From: Spirochaetia bacterium
GTDB taxonomy: Bacteria > Spirochaetota > Spirochaetia > SZUA-6 > Bin103
Reading direction: 5' to 3'
DNA length: 64,000 nucleotides
NCBI GenBank assembly: GCA_965203905.1
Contig: CBDBDQ010000005.1
Location: forward strand, 416,001-480,000
The translations under genes and the position numbers were made by a program. Below the pieces are notes generated by a model. The model saw nothing but the letters and a program-made list of their open reading frames with translations, was not told the origin of the DNA and did not search any database. Positions 1 to 10,408 of this stretch are shown here, piece after piece. Every line of letters begins with the position of its first letter. The first letter of the stretch is position 1.

Positions 1-699
1 CGCACCTCGGCGGTGGCAGCGCTGTCCGCGCCGCCGTCGGGGCGCGAGACTTGGGGCGGCAGCACCCCCGTGCGTGCCAAGCCAGCGGCGGGGGCGCCCG
101 GCACCACTACTTCGGCGCCGAAGTTGGTGGCTGGTTGCGGGTCCCGCGCCTCCGTACCGACGGCGCCGGCCGACCAGAGCTTGCCGACCGCGCGGGCAGC
201 GGTGGACCGCGGTCGCAGCGCTCCTTCGCCAGCGAAGCGGACAGGGGCCGCGCAGCGGACAGGGGCGGCGCAGCGGGCAGGGGCGGCGCAGCGGGCAGGA
301 GCGGCGCAGCGGGCAGGAGCGGCGCAGCGGGCAGGAGCGGCGCAGCGGGCAGGAGCGGCGCAGCGGGCAGGAGCGCAGCTCGATGGCCGTTCGCGGCAGC
401 AGGCGGCGGCATCCGACCCGTCCTCAGGCAGCGCGCAGCCGTCCCACCGGACGCGCCGATCCCGCTACATTCCGGCACCAGTGCGGCGCGAGGTGTGGCG
501 CCGCGACGGTGGCTGCTGCAGTTACGTCGATCCGCACAGCGGGCGGCGCTGCGGCTCCCGCTTCCTGCTGGAGCTCGACCACATCGTTCCCTTCGCGCTC
601 GGCGGCAGCGCCGAGCCGGGGAATCTCAGAATTCGCTGCACTGCCCACCACCGGTTCCGGCATCGGCAGTACGGACCGCCGCCAGACGGGGCCCCGTGA
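1..699 (+). CDS. DUF222-like/HNH endonuclease, C-terminal part (5' end outside window)
   Basis: C-terminal 'RYIPAPVRREVWRRDGGCCSYVDPHSGRRCGSRFLLELDHIVPFALGG..GNLRIRCTAHH' Zn-HNH motif; paralogous to 25709-27256. Confidence 0.8.
   Translation, partial: RTSAVAALSAPPSGRETWGGSTPVRAKPAAGAPGTTTSAPKLVAGCGSRASVPTAPADQSLPTARAAVDRGRSAPSPAKRTGAAQRTGAAQRAGAAQRAGAAQRAGAAQRAGAAQRAGAAQRAGAQLDGRSRQQAAASDPSSGSAQPSHRTRRSRYIPAPVRREVWRRDGGCCSYVDPHSGRRCGSRFLLELDHIVPFALGGSAEPGNLRIRCTAHHRFRHRQYGPPPDGAP
238..378 (+). repeat. In-frame 18-bp tandem repeat (CGGGCAGGAGCGGCGCAG; RAGAAQ), 7 full units plus 1 partial
   Basis: Directly visible; first three units diverge progressively. Confidence 0.95.
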
Positions 700-802
700 T
701 CGGCGCTCGCCGGGGTGCGAGTTGGGCGGTTGGCGTCGGTCCGAGGGCTACGGTAGTGACGATTGCAGCCGGCTTGTCGCGTAGCGTGGGATAGTCCTGA
801 AG

Positions 803-1855
803 TCAGGAAGGGCGCTCCGTTACCGTGGCGGTCAGAAGGGCGGCGCGGAATTCCTCCAGCGAGAGGTGCTCTTCCGCCATGATCAGGGTCGAGTGGTACG
901 GGGTGAAGACGCCGCTGCCGACGCTCATGGTCACCGGTCCGCGGTTGGGCTCCGCCCACAGGCCGCGGGCGCGGGCCACCTCCACGCCGAACAGGTCCAC
1001 CTCACGCACCGATCCCGCGGGAAAGTCGACCGTGACCAGGTGGGCCGGGTCCATGATGCCGCGAATGCCCTCCCAGTACTGGGCCAGGTAGCGGCCGCGC
1101 ACGTCCGGACTGGGCGTCGCCGCCATCGGTCCGAGGTGGCCGTTGCGGAAGAGGTACAGCAGCACCTGGTCGCCGACGGGCAGGTTCTGCGCGACCGGGT
1201 CCGCGGCCAGCAGCAGGGGGCTCCAGTCGGGGTTGCTCAACTCGAAGCGCCGCTGCATGGGGTGGGTCAGTCCGAACGCGCGTGCCATCTGAATCGCATA
1301 AGTGGCGCCGCAGCCGACCCAGTTGGCGCCGAAGGTCACGAACTCCACGGACTCGGGGTCGTAGCGGTACCCGGCGGCGGCGAGCTGGCGATCGAGATCC
1401 GCCGCCCACGCCTTCGATCGCTCCCAGGCCGCCAGCTCGTACGCGGAGACCGGGGCGCCGTGCGCCGCGGCGGCCGCGGCCCGGTCCGCCTCCAGCCCGC
1501 GGCCGAACTCGGCTCCCAGAGCGCGCCGGTTTTCCGCGAGGTCGCCGCCGAGGCGGCATACCAGGCAGCGCGGACCCAGGTGGGCGCGGGCAAACTCGAT
1601 CAGCTCGCGGTTGCCCCTGAGGCCGGTGGGCAGGATCAGGAACGCTTCGTCGTCGCGGTCCGCGATCTCGCGGATCAGCCGCTGCTTCTTCCGCCGCAGC
1701 ACCAGGTCCAGCTCGCGACACGCCGCGGTGCGTCCCGGCCAGTGCTCTCCCCCGCCCCACAGCAGCTCCCGCCGGCGCTGGTCCGCGGGCGCGATCTCGA
1801 TCCAACTGAGGGCGTGCACGCACAGATACAATCGGTTCAAAGCCTTCGGCTGCAT
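803..1855 (-). CDS. Hypothetical protein
   Basis: 350-aa ORF with protein-like composition and an AAGGAG RBS upstream. Confidence 0.7.
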   Translation of the reverse strand: MQPKALNRLYLCVHALSWIEIAPADQRRRELLWGGGEHWPGRTAACRELDLVLRRKKQRLIREIADRDDEAFLILPTGLRGNRELIEFARAHLGPRCLVCRLGGDLAENRRALGAEFGRGLEADRAAAAAAHGAPVSAYELAAWERSKAWAADLDRQLAAAGYRYDPESVEFVTFGANWVGCGATYAIQMARAFGLTHPMQRRFELSNPDWSPLLLAADPVAQNLPVGDQVLLYLFRNGHLGPMAATPSPDVRGRYLAQYWEGIRGIMDPAHLVTVDFPAGSVREVDLFGVEVARARGLWAEPNRGPVTMSVGSGVFTPYHSTLIMAEEHLSLEEFRAALLTATVTERPS

Positions 1856-1906
1856 CGGCTGCTCCTTCGCTTGACGGGCGTCGCCTCACGGTAGACGCTG
1901 TGCGCC

Positions 1907-2806
1907 ATGTCTGCTACCGACGGTGACGCACTGAAGTACTCCGTGGTGTTGCGCACGCTGCACGGCTTCGGGGAATATCTGGCGGCCGACGCCAACGTCT
2001 GGGAGCACCCGCACGAGGTGCTGGAGGCGGTGGCGGCGGCGGGGTACGACGCCGTGGATCTGGATGCGGAACCGGATCGCATACCCCATGAGCGCTTCGA
2101 GGAGGTGCGGTCCATCGCCCGTTCGCTGGGTTTGCACACCCCGGCACTGCTGGCCGCCTGGGGACGCGGGCACGCCGGGGAAGCGCGCGACCTGGGCTCG
2201 GCGGACGAGGCGCAGCGCGCCTACGCGGTGAACTACGCCAGGAAGTGCGTCGAGTTGTCGGCGCGGGTGGGCCGGCCGGTGTTCGAGATCGCCGCGGTAC
2301 CGGGGCTGAGCGAAGAGTACATGCAGCCGGCCACGCTGCTGCACCAGGCGCGTGCCAACTTCCGCCGCTCGGTAACCGAACTGGCGGCGCACGCGGAGCA
2401 ACACCAGGTGCCGGTGGCGATCGAGCCGATCAACCGCTTCGAGGGCTACCAGGGCTTCATGAACAGCGTGGCGGAGGCGATGGAGCTGGTGGACGAGATC
2501 GACTCGCCCTGGCTCGGGGTGATGGCCGACTGCTTCCACGTCAACATCGAGGACAGGTCGTTGGTGGACGCGCTCGCCAGGGCCGGAGACCGGCTGCTGC
2601 ACGTGCACCTGGCGGACAGCACGCGCTACGCGCCCGGCACCGGCCACCTGGACTTCCTGCAGCTCGTTCGCACGCTCAAGAGCATCGGCTACGGCGGCTA
2701 CCTGGCGCTCGACTGCGTACCGCATCTGCCCGACTGGAGAAGCTCGCTGAGCCACTCCATCGCCTTCATGAAACAGATGGAGCGCGCGCACGCGCTGCTG
2801 CCTTAG
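1907..2806 (+). CDS. Sugar phosphate isomerase/epimerase (TIM barrel, D-psicose/tagatose 3-epimerase-like)
   Basis: Motifs 'IEPINRFE', 'DCFHVNIE', 'HVHLADSTR..PGTGHLDF'. Confidence 0.85.
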   Translation: MSATDGDALKYSVVLRTLHGFGEYLAADANVWEHPHEVLEAVAAAGYDAVDLDAEPDRIPHERFEEVRSIARSLGLHTPALLAAWGRGHAGEARDLGSADEAQRAYAVNYARKCVELSARVGRPVFEIAAVPGLSEEYMQPATLLHQARANFRRSVTELAAHAEQHQVPVAIEPINRFEGYQGFMNSVAEAMELVDEIDSPWLGVMADCFHVNIEDRSLVDALARAGDRLLHVHLADSTRYAPGTGHLDFLQLVRTLKSIGYGGYLALDCVPHLPDWRSSLSHSIAFMKQMERAHALLP

Positions 2807-2820
2807 GGGGACGGAACGTT

Positions 2821-3501
2821 ATGGGTAACGCGATCGAGGAACTGCGCGGCTTCGACAGCGCCACCGTCTCCAACGCCGTGGAGCACTTCGCCGCCCGCGA
2901 TCCCACCACCGGCTTCGCCAACAACGAGCTGCGCTGCCTCACCCCCGAGGTGACCGCGCCGATGGTCGGTTACGCGGTGACCGCCACCGCCGACTCAACC
3001 ACCCCCGGCGACCGCCGCACCTCGCGCGTCGACGACGTGGTGAGCCTGATCCACGACGCGCCCAAGCCGGTGGTCCTGGTGGTCAAGCACGTCGGCCACG
3101 ACCGTACCCGCTGCTGCCTGTTCGGGGACATGTTCTGCACCGTGCTGAGCCGGCTCGGCGGGGTCGGGATCGTGACCGACGCCAACATCCGCGACCGCGC
3201 CGCCATCCGCGAGCGCACGCCCGACCTGCACGTGTTCGCCACCGGCCAGGTGGTCTCCCACGGCTACCCGGCGTATCTCGAATTCGGCGTTACCGTGTCG
3301 TTCTGCGGCATGACCTTCGCCCCCGGCGACCTGCTGCACGGCGACGAGAGCGGACTGGTCGCGATTCCCACCGGGCTGGCGGACGCAACCGCGCGCCGCG
3401 CGCGTGAGGTACAAGCGGAGGAAGCGGAGTACTTCGACTTTCTCGCCAGCGATCGTTTTTCCCTGGAGGAGTTGCGGCGCCGCATCATCCCCCACGAGTG
3501 A
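2821..3501 (+). CDS. RraA-family protein (HMG aldolase-like)
   Basis: 'DSATVSNA', 'VGYAVT', 'FGDM', 'IRD', 'PGDLLHGDESGLVAIP'. Confidence 0.85.
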   Translation: MGNAIEELRGFDSATVSNAVEHFAARDPTTGFANNELRCLTPEVTAPMVGYAVTATADSTTPGDRRTSRVDDVVSLIHDAPKPVVLVVKHVGHDRTRCCLFGDMFCTVLSRLGGVGIVTDANIRDRAAIRERTPDLHVFATGQVVSHGYPAYLEFGVTVSFCGMTFAPGDLLHGDESGLVAIPTGLADATARRAREVQAEEAEYFDFLASDRFSLEELRRRIIPHE

Positions 3502-3596
3502 ACACAGGTGATTCCGTGACACGGAAGGCGACGAACGCTGATGCGCAGGCATCCGCCGCTGACCAATGACGTTCGGACAGTGACCAGGAGGCCGTC

Positions 3597-4451
3597 ATGA
3601 CCGCTGCAGACCGCAAACGGCATGTGCACCAGCTCGAGCGGGAGGGCTACACCATTCTCCCGGAAGTGCTCTCGAGCGCCGAGATCGAACGCACCAGGAG
3701 CGCCATCGACGAGACCCTCGACGCGGAGGCCGAGATCGCGCGCAAGTACGGCCTGCAGAACGAGGACCTGCAGATGGCGTACAACGCCCAGGGCAAGCAT
3801 CCTCACTTCTACGGCCTGCTGGTGCGCAACCCGGAGCCGGTGGAGGTGGCGCGCGGCGTGCTGGGGGAGGACCTGTTCGCCCACGACGTCGCCATCCGCA
3901 AACCGCTCCCCACCGGCAACAAGGACTGGACCAGGCTGGGCGGCTACCTGCATGCCGACTGGCACCATTTCACGGTCACCCCGTTCCTCGGCGGCAAGCA
4001 CTATCCGATGGCGGTGCAGTCCGCCTGGTGCATTTCCGAGTTCACCGTGGAAAACGGCGCAACGCTGATCTGGCCGGGGTCGCACCTGTCGCTGGAGGTG
4101 CCGCCGGAACAGCCCGAGACGCTGCCGCCCGGATACCTCCACACCGAGGCCCCGGCCGGGTCGGTAATCCTGTGGGACTCGGCCCTGTGGCATACCAGCG
4201 GCACCAACTGCGGCAGCGCCCCGCGCTACTCGCTGGTGTTCTACTTTCACCGCTGGTGGCTCAAGGGATTCAATGACTCCTACCGCCTGGTGCCGGCTGA
4301 GGTGCGCGAGGCCATGAGCCGCGAGGAGCGGCGCCTCTGGGGACTGGAGGCGGCGGTTCCCCCCAACACCCACTTCCGCGGCATGAGCGCACAGCAGATC
4401 GCGGCACTCACCCCCGAGGAAAAGGCGGTGCTCAACATCGCCGCCTTCTGA
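3597..4451 (+). CDS. Phytanoyl-CoA dioxygenase (PhyH) family Fe/2OG protein
   Basis: HxD ('LHADW'), 'ENGATLIWPGSH', 'WHTSGTN...R'. Confidence 0.85.
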   Translation: MTAADRKRHVHQLEREGYTILPEVLSSAEIERTRSAIDETLDAEAEIARKYGLQNEDLQMAYNAQGKHPHFYGLLVRNPEPVEVARGVLGEDLFAHDVAIRKPLPTGNKDWTRLGGYLHADWHHFTVTPFLGGKHYPMAVQSAWCISEFTVENGATLIWPGSHLSLEVPPEQPETLPPGYLHTEAPAGSVILWDSALWHTSGTNCGSAPRYSLVFYFHRWWLKGFNDSYRLVPAEVREAMSREERRLWGLEAAVPPNTHFRGMSAQQIAALTPEEKAVLNIAAF

Positions 4452-4453
4452 CC

Positions 4454-5566
4454 ATGGCTGCCACCGCCGGCGGCGAAGTCCAGTTCAGTCTCACCCAGAC
4501 GCAGCTCATCTGGCGCGACTTCAGGCGCCACCGCGCCGCGCTGGCCGGCGGCATCGTCATCGCCCTGCTCTACCTGATGGCGCTGGGCGCCGAGTTCATC
4601 GCCCCGTACGATCCCTACTTCCGGGAGATGCGCTCGCCCCTGGTGCCGCCGATGCGCGTGCACCTGCGTGACGCCGAGGGCCGGGTCCGCTTCCCGTTCG
4701 TCTACGGCCTGGAGCAGAAGCGCGACCCGGAGACCTTCAGCCCGTTCTACGAGCCGCAGACGGATCGGCGTTATCGTGTCGGCCTGCTGGTGCGCGGCGA
4801 CGAGTACCGGTTGTGGAATCTGATCTCTTGGGACGTGCACCTCTTCGGGGTGGCCGGGGAGCAGCGCCTGCACCTGTTCGGCACCGACGATCAGGGCCGC
4901 GACCTGCTGTCGCGGGTGATCTTCGCCACCCGGCTGTCGATGAGCATCGGTCTGGTTGGCGTGACCATGAGCTTCCTGCTGGCGGTGACGCTGGGCGGTC
5001 TCTCCGGCTACTTCGGGGGCGCCGTGGATCTGGTCATTCAACGCCTGATAGAGATCCTCACCTCGATCCCGAGCCTGCCGTTGTGGATGGCCCTGGCGGT
5101 GGCCATCCCCCTTAACTGGCCGATTACGCGGGTCTACTTCTTCATCACCGTGATCCTGTCGCTGATAAGCTGGCCGGGCCTGGCGCGCGAGGTGCGCGGC
5201 AAGTTCCTGTCGCTGCGCGAGCAGGACTTCGTGGTGGCGGCGCAGTTGGACAACGCGGGCAGCGGGCGGCTGATCTTTCGCTACCTGGTGCCCTCCTCCC
5301 TGAGCCACATCATCGCCTCCGGCACCCTGGCGATCCCCAACATGATCATCGGCGAGACCGCGCTGAGCTTCCTCGGCATCGGCCTGCGGCCCCCCGCCCT
5401 GAGCTGGGGCGTGCTGCTGCAGACGGCGCAGAACGTGCAGAGCGTGGCGCTGTCACCATGGCTGCTGCTGCCGGTGGTGTTCGTGGTGATCGCCGCCCTG
5501 GCCTTCAACTTCCTGGGCGACGGCATCCGCGACGCCGCCGACCCCTACCAGACGTCAGCAGCGTGA
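4454..5566 (+). CDS. Peptide/nickel ABC transporter permease (DppC-like)
   Basis: 'FGTDDQGRDLLSR', EAA-like loop, 'FNFLGDGIRDAADPY'. Confidence 0.9.
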   Translation: MAATAGGEVQFSLTQTQLIWRDFRRHRAALAGGIVIALLYLMALGAEFIAPYDPYFREMRSPLVPPMRVHLRDAEGRVRFPFVYGLEQKRDPETFSPFYEPQTDRRYRVGLLVRGDEYRLWNLISWDVHLFGVAGEQRLHLFGTDDQGRDLLSRVIFATRLSMSIGLVGVTMSFLLAVTLGGLSGYFGGAVDLVIQRLIEILTSIPSLPLWMALAVAIPLNWPITRVYFFITVILSLISWPGLAREVRGKFLSLREQDFVVAAQLDNAGSGRLIFRYLVPSSLSHIIASGTLAIPNMIIGETALSFLGIGLRPPALSWGVLLQTAQNVQSVALSPWLLLPVVFVVIAALAFNFLGDGIRDAADPYQTSAA

Positions 5567-5641
5567 CCCAGGAGACGTCCGTGGGCCCGCGCCCAGCCAC
5601 TCCAGCCAGCCGACCCAGCCGACCTCAGCCGATACTTCTCC

Positions 5642-5670
5642 TTGACAACGGTAGGAGAACCTCTCATGGT
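5642..5670 (+). promoter_or_regulatory. Putative sigma70 promoter for the SBP gene
   Basis: TTGACA-N17-CATGGT upstream of 5795; AAAGGA RBS. Confidence 0.35.
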
Positions 5671-5794
5671 TCTGGATTGCACCTCGCGGTGTACGCTTTC
5701 GGACAGGGGGTCAGTTGGTAGGAGATCAGATAAGTACAGGGCGGATTCCCTCGATTGAATCCGCGAGCGCAGGTCAACTTAGAAAGGAACCATT

Positions 5795-7747
5795 ATGGGA
5801 CGAACGTTAGTCCTTTTCACGGTAGCGCTGGTGCTATTGAGCGTGAATGCGTGGGCGGGCGGCACCGAAGAGGGTGCCGCGACCACCACTACGGCGATGG
5901 GCGAGTCGAAGTACAATGAGTCGCCGATGCTCGCAGCCCTGGTGGCCGAAGGCAAGCTGCCACCGGTGGACGAGCGACTCCCCATCGAGCCGCTGGTCCT
6001 TACCCCGCCCGAGATCGGGAAATATGGCGGTACCGCGACCACTTTCGCGTTCGCCAGTTGGGCGGTCGAGATTGGTGGCTGGTGGCACGCCACCTGGACC
6101 CTGGAGGTGGACAAGGAAACCTTCCAAGTCGCCGCCGGCATGGCCAAGGGATACGAGCTCTCGGATGATGCCATGACCTTCACCCTGTTCCTGCGGGAAG
6201 GGATGAAATGGTCGGACGGACACCCGCTGACCTCGGAGGACTTCCTGTACCGCTATGAAGAGAGTCTGGCGGGCAGGCAGGGCTACCGGCTGGAGCCGAT
6301 CGAATCCATCGTGGCCCCGGACGACTACACGGTGCGCATCAACCTGAGCAAGCCGTTTCCCAGAATAGTCATCAACATGGCGAACCAGAACGGGGCCGAC
6401 TGGTTTCGCTGGCTACCCAAGCATTACCTCATCAAGTGGCACGCCGACTACAACGAAGATGCTCAAGAAATAGCCGAGGAAGAGGGCTTCGAGACGTGGG
6501 AACAGGCGCTTGCCTTCCATCGCGCGACCAACAACTTCAACGATCCTGAGCTGCCGAGTCTGCGGATGTTCGTGCCGCGCGAGATCGGCGACGTCAATCG
6601 ACTCTACGAACGCAATCCGTACTGGTACGCGGTCGACCCGGCCAACAATCAGCTCCCCTACATCGATCGGGTGCAGTCGGTTCAGGTGGATTTCGAGACC
6701 TACAAGCTCAAGGTGTTGAACGGGGAAGCGACCATTGCGCAATGGACCCGTTTCCCCAACTTCACGCTGTTCAAGGAGAACGAGGCCGCCGCGGACTACG
6801 AGGTAGTGTTGATCCCGGGTACCGTGGGGTCGCAGCACACCTACCATGTGAACCAGACCCAGGCGGATCCAGTGATTCGCGAGATCTTTCAGGACATCCG
6901 CTTCCGCCGCGCCCTGTCGCTGGCGATCGATCGCGACGAGATCAACGAGACGGTCTATCTGGGCATGGGCGTCCCGCGTGCGGGAACGCTGGTACCGAGC
7001 GTAAGCTACTACAAGAGCGAGTGGGGGGAGGATCATCCATACGCCCGCTACGACCCGGCCGAGGCCAACCGTCTGCTCGACGAGATGGGCCTGACCGACA
7101 GGGACAAGGACGGATTCCGAACCTACCCGGATGGGCGCACCATCAACCTCTCCGTAGTGCAGAATGGCGGGAAACTCCCGGATGAGGGACACGAGCTGGT
7201 CAAGGACTACTGGGAAGAGATCGGTATCAAGTTCACCTTGAGAAACGTGGAGGGCGGTTTCTACTGGGACTTCACCCTGTCCAATGAATACATGATCACC
7301 ACCAGACCGCTGACCAATGCCATGGAGATGGCAGCCGATCGTGGTATCGTCGAAGGCTCGTTCGCTAGCCCGCTGAGTGGACCATCGTGGGCGCCTGCAT
7401 GGGCCCACCGCCTCAAGGCCGAGCTTGCCATCGAAGAGGGTCGGGCGACGCTCGACGACTATGAAGGCGGAGTATTGCCCGGCGAAGAGCCACCTCCGAG
7501 AGTCCGAGAGCTGTGGGACGCGATTCTGGAAGCGCACAATACCATCTTCGGGACTGAAGAGTACCGGCGCGCGAACCAGAAGGTTCAGGACATCTTTGCC
7601 GAGGAGATGTGGGTCATCGGGACAGTCGGCCTTGTCCCCAGTCCCATCATCTACAAGAATAACATTGGGAACCGCATGAGCGCCGACTTTCTGTATCACG
7701 ACTGGCCGGGGGAACTCGACTGGGCGCTCTACTTTACGGACCTGTAG
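5795..7747 (+). CDS. ABC transporter substrate-binding protein, family 5
   Basis: Signal peptide; 'LPPVDERLP', 'LREGMKWSDG', 'NQLPYID', 'FRRALSLAIDR'. Confidence 0.9.
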   Translation: MGRTLVLFTVALVLLSVNAWAGGTEEGAATTTTAMGESKYNESPMLAALVAEGKLPPVDERLPIEPLVLTPPEIGKYGGTATTFAFASWAVEIGGWWHATWTLEVDKETFQVAAGMAKGYELSDDAMTFTLFLREGMKWSDGHPLTSEDFLYRYEESLAGRQGYRLEPIESIVAPDDYTVRINLSKPFPRIVINMANQNGADWFRWLPKHYLIKWHADYNEDAQEIAEEEGFETWEQALAFHRATNNFNDPELPSLRMFVPREIGDVNRLYERNPYWYAVDPANNQLPYIDRVQSVQVDFETYKLKVLNGEATIAQWTRFPNFTLFKENEAAADYEVVLIPGTVGSQHTYHVNQTQADPVIREIFQDIRFRRALSLAIDRDEINETVYLGMGVPRAGTLVPSVSYYKSEWGEDHPYARYDPAEANRLLDEMGLTDRDKDGFRTYPDGRTINLSVVQNGGKLPDEGHELVKDYWEEIGIKFTLRNVEGGFYWDFTLSNEYMITTRPLTNAMEMAADRGIVEGSFASPLSGPSWAPAWAHRLKAELAIEEGRATLDDYEGGVLPGEEPPPRVRELWDAILEAHNTIFGTEEYRRANQKVQDIFAEEMWVIGTVGLVPSPIIYKNNIGNRMSADFLYHDWPGELDWALYFTDL

Positions 7748-7799
7748 TATCGCGGAAACCGGGATCACCGCCCCCAAGACGGCGTTGATCTCGACTCGG

Positions 7800-7821
7800 G
7801 GGCTGCCTTTCGGGGCAGCCC
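7800..7821. terminator. GC-rich hairpin between convergent genes
   Basis: GGGCTGCCT-TTCG-GGGCAGCCC. Confidence 0.6.
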
Positions 7822-7844
7822 TCTCTGTATCCGCCTCTCCGTTG

Positions 7845-8981
7845 CTACTTGTACGGGTCGGCGGCGTCGCGCAAGCCGTCGCCGACGAAGTTGAACACCA
7901 GCACCGTTACGATCACCCAGATTGCCGGAAGCAGCAGCCACGGGGTGTTGACGATCGCGCGTACATTCTGCGCCTGCTGCAACATCACTCCCCAACTCAC
8001 CACCGGAGGCTGGAGGCCGATGCCGATGAAGCTGAGGCTGGTTTCGCCCAGGATCATGGCCGGCACCGCCAGCGTCAGGTGGACAATCAGGTAGCTCAGG
8101 AACCCCGGAAGCATGTGCCGGACGATGATGCGAAGTTCTCTGGCGCCGGCGATACGAGCCGCCATGATGTGATCCTCCACGCGGAGCTGCAGCAGCTTGC
8201 TGCGCACCGTTCGCGCCAGGCCGGTCCAGCCGATGATCGAGAGAATGACCGTGATCATGAAGTAGATCCTCAGTGGCGGCCAGGTGAGCGGCACCGCTGC
8301 TGCCAGAGCCATCCAGATCGGCAGCGAAGGGAGCGACCCGAGGAACTCGATGACCCGCTGGATCAGCATGTCCACGGCGCCGCCAAAGTAGCCCGAGATG
8401 CCGCCCAGGAGACATCCGAGCACGAAGCTGATGGCCACGCCGATCATTCCTATTGACAGCGAGACACGGGCGCCGTGGAGAACACGAGAAAACATGTCCC
8501 GTCCCAGGCCGTCGGTGCCGTAGAGGAACAGCTGAGCCGGTTCGTCGACCCCCATCAGGTGCAGGTCGGTCTTGAACAGGCCCCAGAACTTGTACTCATC
8601 GCCGCGCACGAACAGATTGATCGGGTACGGCTGCGACTCGTCGTTCACGTAGGTGCGGCGCAGCGTGACCGGATCGCGGGAAGAACTCAGCGCGTAGACG
8701 AACGGCCAGCGGAGCATCCCCTCGTGGACGATTCTCACCTTGGTCGGAGGAGCCAGCAAGTGGTCGGGGTGGCGCTCGAAGATCTCGTGCGGCGAGAGAA
8801 AGCCGGCGAATATGGCACTCACGTAGATCACCAGCAGGATCGCGCCACCGACGACCGCCAGCTTGTGCCTGAGGAAACTGCGCCACATGAGGGCCCAACT
8901 GGAGAGCAGGTAGTACCGTTCCAGGCCACGCTCCGCGGCCACAGTCTGTAGCTCGGTCGAGCGAGTTCCGGCGTCGCTCAT
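7845..8981 (-). CDS. Peptide ABC transporter permease (DppC-like)
   Basis: 'YGTDGLGRDMFSR', 'FNFVGDGLRDAADPY'. Confidence 0.9.
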   Translation of the reverse strand: MSDAGTRSTELQTVAAERGLERYYLLSSWALMWRSFLRHKLAVVGGAILLVIYVSAIFAGFLSPHEIFERHPDHLLAPPTKVRIVHEGMLRWPFVYALSSSRDPVTLRRTYVNDESQPYPINLFVRGDEYKFWGLFKTDLHLMGVDEPAQLFLYGTDGLGRDMFSRVLHGARVSLSIGMIGVAISFVLGCLLGGISGYFGGAVDMLIQRVIEFLGSLPSLPIWMALAAAVPLTWPPLRIYFMITVILSIIGWTGLARTVRSKLLQLRVEDHIMAARIAGARELRIIVRHMLPGFLSYLIVHLTLAVPAMILGETSLSFIGIGLQPPVVSWGVMLQQAQNVRAIVNTPWLLLPAIWVIVTVLVFNFVGDGLRDAADPYK

Positions 8982-9976
8982 TCGGTAGCCTTCGCCTCGA
9001 ATCTGATGCGTGGATCTACCACCACCAGCAGCAGGTCGGCAATCAGCGCCCCCGACAGACCCAAGGCGCTCAACACCATGACCATGCTGCCGGCCAGGAA
9101 CATGTCCTGGCCGAGCAACGCCTCCAACAGCAGCGGGCCGATGGTAGGCAGGCTGAGAACGATCGCGGTGATCGTTTCTCCGGAGACGAGGGCAGGCAGA
9201 ATCCCACCGATACCGCTGACGATCGGATTGAGGGCAATCCGGACCGGGTACTTGAACAGCAGGGCTCTCTCGCCCACTCCCTTGGCTCGAGCCGTCACCA
9301 CGTACTGCCTGGGCAATTCATCCAGCAGCGTTGCCCGCAGCGTGCGAATGATTCCCGCGGTACCGGCGGTGCCGATAACGATGAGGGGAACCGGCAGGTG
9401 CTTGAGCAGGTCTACCAGCTTTGCCAAGCTCCAGGGCTCAAACGCATAGCGCGCGGTAAACAGACCGCCCACGCTCCAGTTCGTGAACCGGTAGATGAGG
9501 TACAGGAGGAGCAGTGCCAGCAGGAAGTTCGGCGTCGCCTGGCCGATGAAGCCGAAGGTGGTGGCGGCGTAGTCCTCGACGGAGTATTGGTGAGTGGCGG
9601 AGTAGATACCGATAGGGATCGCGATCATGAAGGTGAGGATCATGGTGGCGAAGGTCAGACAAACCGTGAGCATAAAACGCTCACCGATCAGCCGCGCCAC
9701 CGGCTGACCATAGATGATCGACTGGCCCATGTTTCCGCGGAGAAGATTGCCCGCCCAGCGGAGATAGCGCACGTGAAACGGCTTGTCCAAGCCGTAGCGC
9801 TCCTCCAACTCGCGAATGTCGTCCATGGCTACGGCCCGTCCACTCTGGCGCCACTGGTTGACCATCGTTGCTATCGCGTCCCCAGGGGGCAACTCGATCA
9901 GCACGAACGACACGAAGGAGAGGACCATGAGGAGCAGGATCATGTAGATGATCCTGCGGACAATGTAGCTCAGCAT
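8978..9976 (-). CDS. Peptide ABC transporter permease (DppB-like)
   Basis: 'YIVRR', 'LPPGD', 'YVVTARAKG', 'DPRIR'; 4-bp overlap with next gene. Confidence 0.9.
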   Translation of the reverse strand: MLSYIVRRIIYMILLLMVLSFVSFVLIELPPGDAIATMVNQWRQSGRAVAMDDIRELEERYGLDKPFHVRYLRWAGNLLRGNMGQSIIYGQPVARLIGERFMLTVCLTFATMILTFMIAIPIGIYSATHQYSVEDYAATTFGFIGQATPNFLLALLLLYLIYRFTNWSVGGLFTARYAFEPWSLAKLVDLLKHLPVPLIVIGTAGTAGIIRTLRATLLDELPRQYVVTARAKGVGERALLFKYPVRIALNPIVSGIGGILPALVSGETITAIVLSLPTIGPLLLEALLGQDMFLAGSMVMVLSALGLSGALIADLLLVVVDPRIRFEAKATE

Positions 9977-10204
9977 GCCGGAGCCTCCTCGGGTACGGCC
10001 CGTCCTATGGGCGCCAGCGCCACAGTGATGCCGTGACCGCGGTCGATCCGTAACTCAAAGGCTCGATTCCGCACCGCGGCCGGTCTGGCGCCCGGTCCAT
10101 GCGGTGGCCAGCATATCAGATCAAGTCGGTTGGACGAAGAACCTGGCCCGGCGGAGCCCGGCGGAGATGCCCTCACAGTGATCACCGTCGTCGCGGAGGA
10201 TAGT

Positions 10205-10390
10205 CGGGCCACGTGGGGTGAGCTCCAGAATGTACTCGATGCACCTCCCGAGAGAGTTGCTGCGCGCCAGCCGGCGCGCCTCCTCGGTGCTGTCGGCGAC
10301 GAACACGTTGCGCGATACGCACCAGTCGGCCGGATGTGCACTGCGTCCCGTTGCCGCCGCTGCCCGCACGGTAGGTCTCCCGGTGGTTGC
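10205..10390 (-). pseudogene. Internal fragment of an LLM oxidoreductase (near copy of ~11692-11877)
   Basis: Encodes CVSRNVFVADSTEEARRLARSNSLGRCIEYILELT, identical to part of 11440-12531; contains a frameshift. Confidence 0.85.
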
Positions 10391-10408
10391 GTGGGCCGTT
10401 GGGCGTGT

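Noticed and set aside
238-378. Tandem repeats (also 55546, 55996) as CRISPR arrays
   Set aside because: No unique spacers, units too short, no cas genes
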